This document shows positions 61,309 to 64,000 of a stretch of DNA of 64,000 nt, piece by piece. The DNA is taken from contig JAEOSU010000037.1 in the NCBI GenBank assembly GCA_016840165.1, positions 1 to 64,000 of the forward strand, in the 5' to 3' direction. How positions within the stretch are numbered: the stretch's first letter is position 1; every line of letters starts with the position of its first letter. Source of the stretch: Promethearchaeota archaeon (GTDB lineage Archaea > Asgardarchaeota > Lokiarchaeia > Sigyniarchaeales > SOKP01). Made by a program: the position numbers and the translations under genes. The notes beneath the pieces were generated by a model that ran no database searches, had not been told where the DNA came from, and saw only the letters and a list, made by a program, of their open reading frames with translations.

Positions 61309-63020
61309 TTCTCACTCCCCTGGCGGATAAATCTTCTCTTTCTGAATGGTGAATTAAAAAGACTTAATTCATTAGTTACATTATCAATGTCTTTTATCCT
61401 TTCGATTTCCTCATAAATTTTATCACGTGCAGAATCCCATGAATAACAAGCTCCATTAATAATCTTCGTTTTGAGTTCTCCTTTAGCAAACTTATTATTT
61501 TTCAAATGGGGGGCATCAAAGATTCCATACTTAACAATCCTATTTAATATGTTTGGATTAATATAAGGATCTTCAGCTTCTTCTAAATTATTAGCTAAGT
61601 TAGGAATTAAGCTTATTATATCTTGTGCTTGTGTAATTAGTTGCTCTTTTCTTGCTATAATACTGCTGTTTATAAAATTTAGGTTGCTAGAGAGGGATTT
61701 AGTAATAATTTGACTTACAATTTTGCAGCTTTCTATGATGTCATTAGGCTTAGCAACATGATCTGCCTCAGAGTAACTCACTATATGAACGATATCCGGT
61801 TTTAATGCTAATTGTACCATAGTAGCTGCTGCGAGTTGTCCTTTTGCTTTATCTAAATCTAATGGAAAACTAGCTAATCCAGTTCTGACTTGTTTAATCA
61901 CTGAGAAATCTTTATCAACTAGAGTATTAAGTAATTCGTTTTTCGCTATCATCTTAGCTAAATCCATATCGAGTGTGAGATTTGGTGGAGTATTAAACAT
62001 ATATTGTGCAATAAAATGCTTGACACCTAATTTCTTAGCAATGATCCCACATAGGTACATATCTGCTACTGCTATTGCATCTGAAGTATCTCGCAAACTC
62101 CATTGGTGTGAATCATTTATCTCAACAGGAATATTGTTTGTAGCGTGCCATTTAATCGCTCTTAAATGTTGTCTAATCGATTCTTTTAATGACAAAGGAC
62201 CTCTTCCATCCATTTGATTAAACCAGAAGATAGGGATTGCTGCCCATGCATTTTTTATAGTTTCAAGAAATAAGCGTCCCAGTTTAATGAAATCTCGCGT
62301 ACCCGCATAAATTCGAAGCAAGGGATAATTACCTCGCTTTCTTGCATTATCTATGTTTTTAAAATCCTCTTTTGATCGTAGTGGAACTCCTCCGGCACCG
62401 TCTAGATCTTGTTGTTGATCTTCGGGATGAAAATAATGTGATTGAGTATTCTGATCAGGTGCGATTGAGATTATATCTAAAATTTTAGCTTCAGCAATTT
62501 TTTTTATCCCTTTAATTGTCTCAGATAAATCTGATAGTCCAAAATGAGCTCTTAAGATGGGATAAGGCTTTTTCCATTTAATTCTTGAAATTAAATCCAT
62601 TGGGGGTTGAAATTTTTTTTCAGAAGATTCATCAGTATTTCTTAAAATTGAAATAATCTCATATCTAGTTTCACCACCAACAAAATAATAATCAAATTCC
62701 CCAATACTTTTTGCGGCTTTAACGACTTCAGGAGTTCCAGCAAAAAGTAATTTATTCGGCTTTTTATCTAAAGTATTATAACTTTGAAAAAATCGCTCTA
62801 GTAAAGGTATAACTGTTTTAGGGGTTAATCTATAACTAAGTCCAACTATCTCTGGGTTAGTATTATTGATTTTATCGATAAGATCTGGGATAGGGGTCGC
62901 GGGTCCCATAAAATAAGTTTGAAACCCAAGTTGCCGTGCGATCTGCATAAAGTTGTAACTACCAGCAACATGGACACATTGTCCAATACATGCTATTAAA
63001 ATAACTTTTTTCTTTCGCAT
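61305..63020 (-). CDS. Cobalamin-binding domain protein with C-terminal TIM-barrel-like domain, function unknown
   Basis: N-terminal B12 Rossmann motif CVHVAG...VGLSYRL...FAG; ATGA overlap with the opine dehydrogenase gene. Confidence 0.85.
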   Translation of the reverse strand: MRKKKVILIACIGQCVHVAGSYNFMQIARQLGFQTYFMGPATPIPDLIDKINNTNPEIVGLSYRLTPKTVIPLLERFFQSYNTLDKKPNKLLFAGTPEVVKAAKSIGEFDYYFVGGETRYEIISILRNTDESSEKKFQPPMDLISRIKWKKPYPILRAHFGLSDLSETIKGIKKIAEAKILDIISIAPDQNTQSHYFHPEDQQQDLDGAGGVPLRSKEDFKNIDNARKRGNYPLLRIYAGTRDFIKLGRLFLETIKNAWAAIPIFWFNQMDGRGPLSLKESIRQHLRAIKWHATNNIPVEINDSHQWSLRDTSDAIAVADMYLCGIIAKKLGVKHFIAQYMFNTPPNLTLDMDLAKMIAKNELLNTLVDKDFSVIKQVRTGLASFPLDLDKAKGQLAAATMVQLALKPDIVHIVSYSEADHVAKPNDIIESCKIVSQIITKSLSSNLNFINSSIIARKEQLITQAQDIISLIPNLANNLEEAEDPYINPNILNRIVKYGIFDAPHLKNNKFAKGELKTKIINGACYSWDSARDKIYEEIERIKDIDNVTNELSLFNSPFRKRRFIRQGSEK

Positions 63021-63298
63021 TTTAAATCACCCTCATATTTTTTGCATAATTGACTTATTGCTCTTTGATGCTCATGAAGTGAAATCGAAAATATGATTAT
63101 ATGCAGATTATAGCGCTGATATTGAGCCTATAGCTACAATTATACTATCAACTTTTTAGATTATAACCTATTTACTTATTTGAATGCGTCTGTTATACTC
63201 TTATATTGATAACTTATTGATATAAAGATATTTACTTCAGAACTTTCTTTATGTATTTATATCACCTTAGCAATATAAATTTTAGGGTGATTTAAATA
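63021..63298 (-). promoter_or_regulatory. Candidate structured 5' leader with anti-SD/anti-anti-SD elements
   Basis: Perfect 13-bp inverted repeat 63021-63033/63284-63296 covering the SD; competing hairpin 63254-63298; TATA-like TTTATATA near 63332-63339 on the minus strand. Confidence 0.4.
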
Positions 63299-63565
63299 GA
63301 TTAGGCTTTAAACTTTAATTCTACTAAACTTTATATAAATTTCTTATTCCTTAAGCACTTTTAATTTGGTTATTTAATATCTTTAAATTTTTTATAAATT
63401 TATTTTTACTCCCCATCTTCTAATTTTTCTAATTCTTTAGATATCTGAATATGTAGCTGCTTCCTTTCAATAAAATCGTTGACTATTGGGCTCCTATAAA
63501 CCTTAATTTTTATATTGAGGGAGTTAGATACCTTCCTCTTAATTTTTATTATATATTAGTGAGAA

Positions 63566-64000
63566 TTAAAAAATCAATTTTCTTTTTGCGTGAGTGGTTT
63601 CGAAATAGCTTTTATACTTTCTTATCTCATCATGAATTTCTTCTAATTGCTCATTTTCTAACAATTTATTAAAAAAGTTTTTCACTGATAAATATAATTT
63701 AGGAACAAAAGTATCAACCTGAGACATATGGTAAGCTATCTCCATTATTGAGGAATAATCAATTTTAATATCAATCTGCCTTTTGCGAATGTCTTCTATT
63801 ATTTTCTCTTTAAGCCTTTTCCTGCTAATGTTGCTCCAAATCAATTCATAAACAAAATAATTAATTGCTTGCACCGATTCAGTGAGAATTGCTGTTCCTG
63901 TGGCAATTTCAATACTCCCAGTTATGAAGTAGGCGGTTAAAGTGCCTAGAACTAAGGTAATTCCTCTATAAATTAGACTCTTGATTAAACTTTCCTTCCA
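63566..64000 (-). CDS. DUF2061-like membrane domain protein (5' end outside the window)
   Basis: Frame stays open to the window edge: WKESLIKSLIYRGITL...YFITGSIEIA...NYFVYELIW. Confidence 0.75.
   Translation of the reverse strand, partial: WKESLIKSLIYRGITLVLGTLTAYFITGSIEIATGTAILTESVQAINYFVYELIWSNISRKRLKEKIIEDIRKRQIDIKIDYSSIMEIAYHMSQVDTFVPKLYLSVKNFFNKLLENEQLEEIHDEIRKYKSYFETTHAKRKLIF

Noticed and set aside
63021-63296. MITE interpretation of the 13-bp inverted repeats
   Set aside because: There is no target-site duplication, and one arm is the functional SD of the B12 gene; a regulatory role fits better.
63021-63300. Canonical cobalamin riboswitch
   Set aside because: No B12-box or other conserved core sequence is recognisable.
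1-64000. Selenoprotein (UGA) or pyrrolysine (UAG) readthrough, given that Lokiarchaeia use Sec
   Set aside because: ORFs ending in TGA or TAG appear full length for their families or overlap the next start; I saw no continued homology past a stop.
1-64000. tRNA, rRNA, CRISPR arrays, transposases
   Set aside because: No GC-rich structured island, regularly spaced repeat-spacer pattern or transposase motif was seen.

Overview
This is a gene-dense, AT-rich (about 30% GC by eye) archaeal window, almost certainly from an Asgard archaeon of the Lokiarchaeia type. The basis is RadA, tRNA-splicing endonuclease, archaeal CdhA, an A/V-type ATPase operon, GGTGA-type Shine-Dalgarno (SD) sites, TATA/BRE promoters, and several eukaryotic-signature-like proteins: three Rab/Arf/Rag-like small GTPases, a V4R protein, a vWA-RING-RING protein and a SNAP/TPR-like protein. 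Metabolic content includes an alpha-glucan/sugar-nucleotide cluster, a 2-hydroxyacyl-CoA dehydratase operon, orphan cdhA with CooJ, orphan mtrH, FprA and tandem VIT1-like transporters. I found no rRNA, tRNA, CRISPR array or transposase. The leading candidate for an undescribed system is a translationally coupled pair: a single-chain B12-binding/TIM-barrel enzyme and an opine dehydrogenase. Its ~280-nt upstream region carries a perfect 13-nt anti-SD with a competing hairpin, a riboswitch-like layout. Other points of note are two probable ACG start codons, a Rab-like pseudo-GTPase, a Ssl1/Rpn10-like vWA fused to two RING fingers, phased TGTAAT operator arrays, and a degenerate phosphohexomutase. 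All family calls come from motif recognition by eye; no searches were run.
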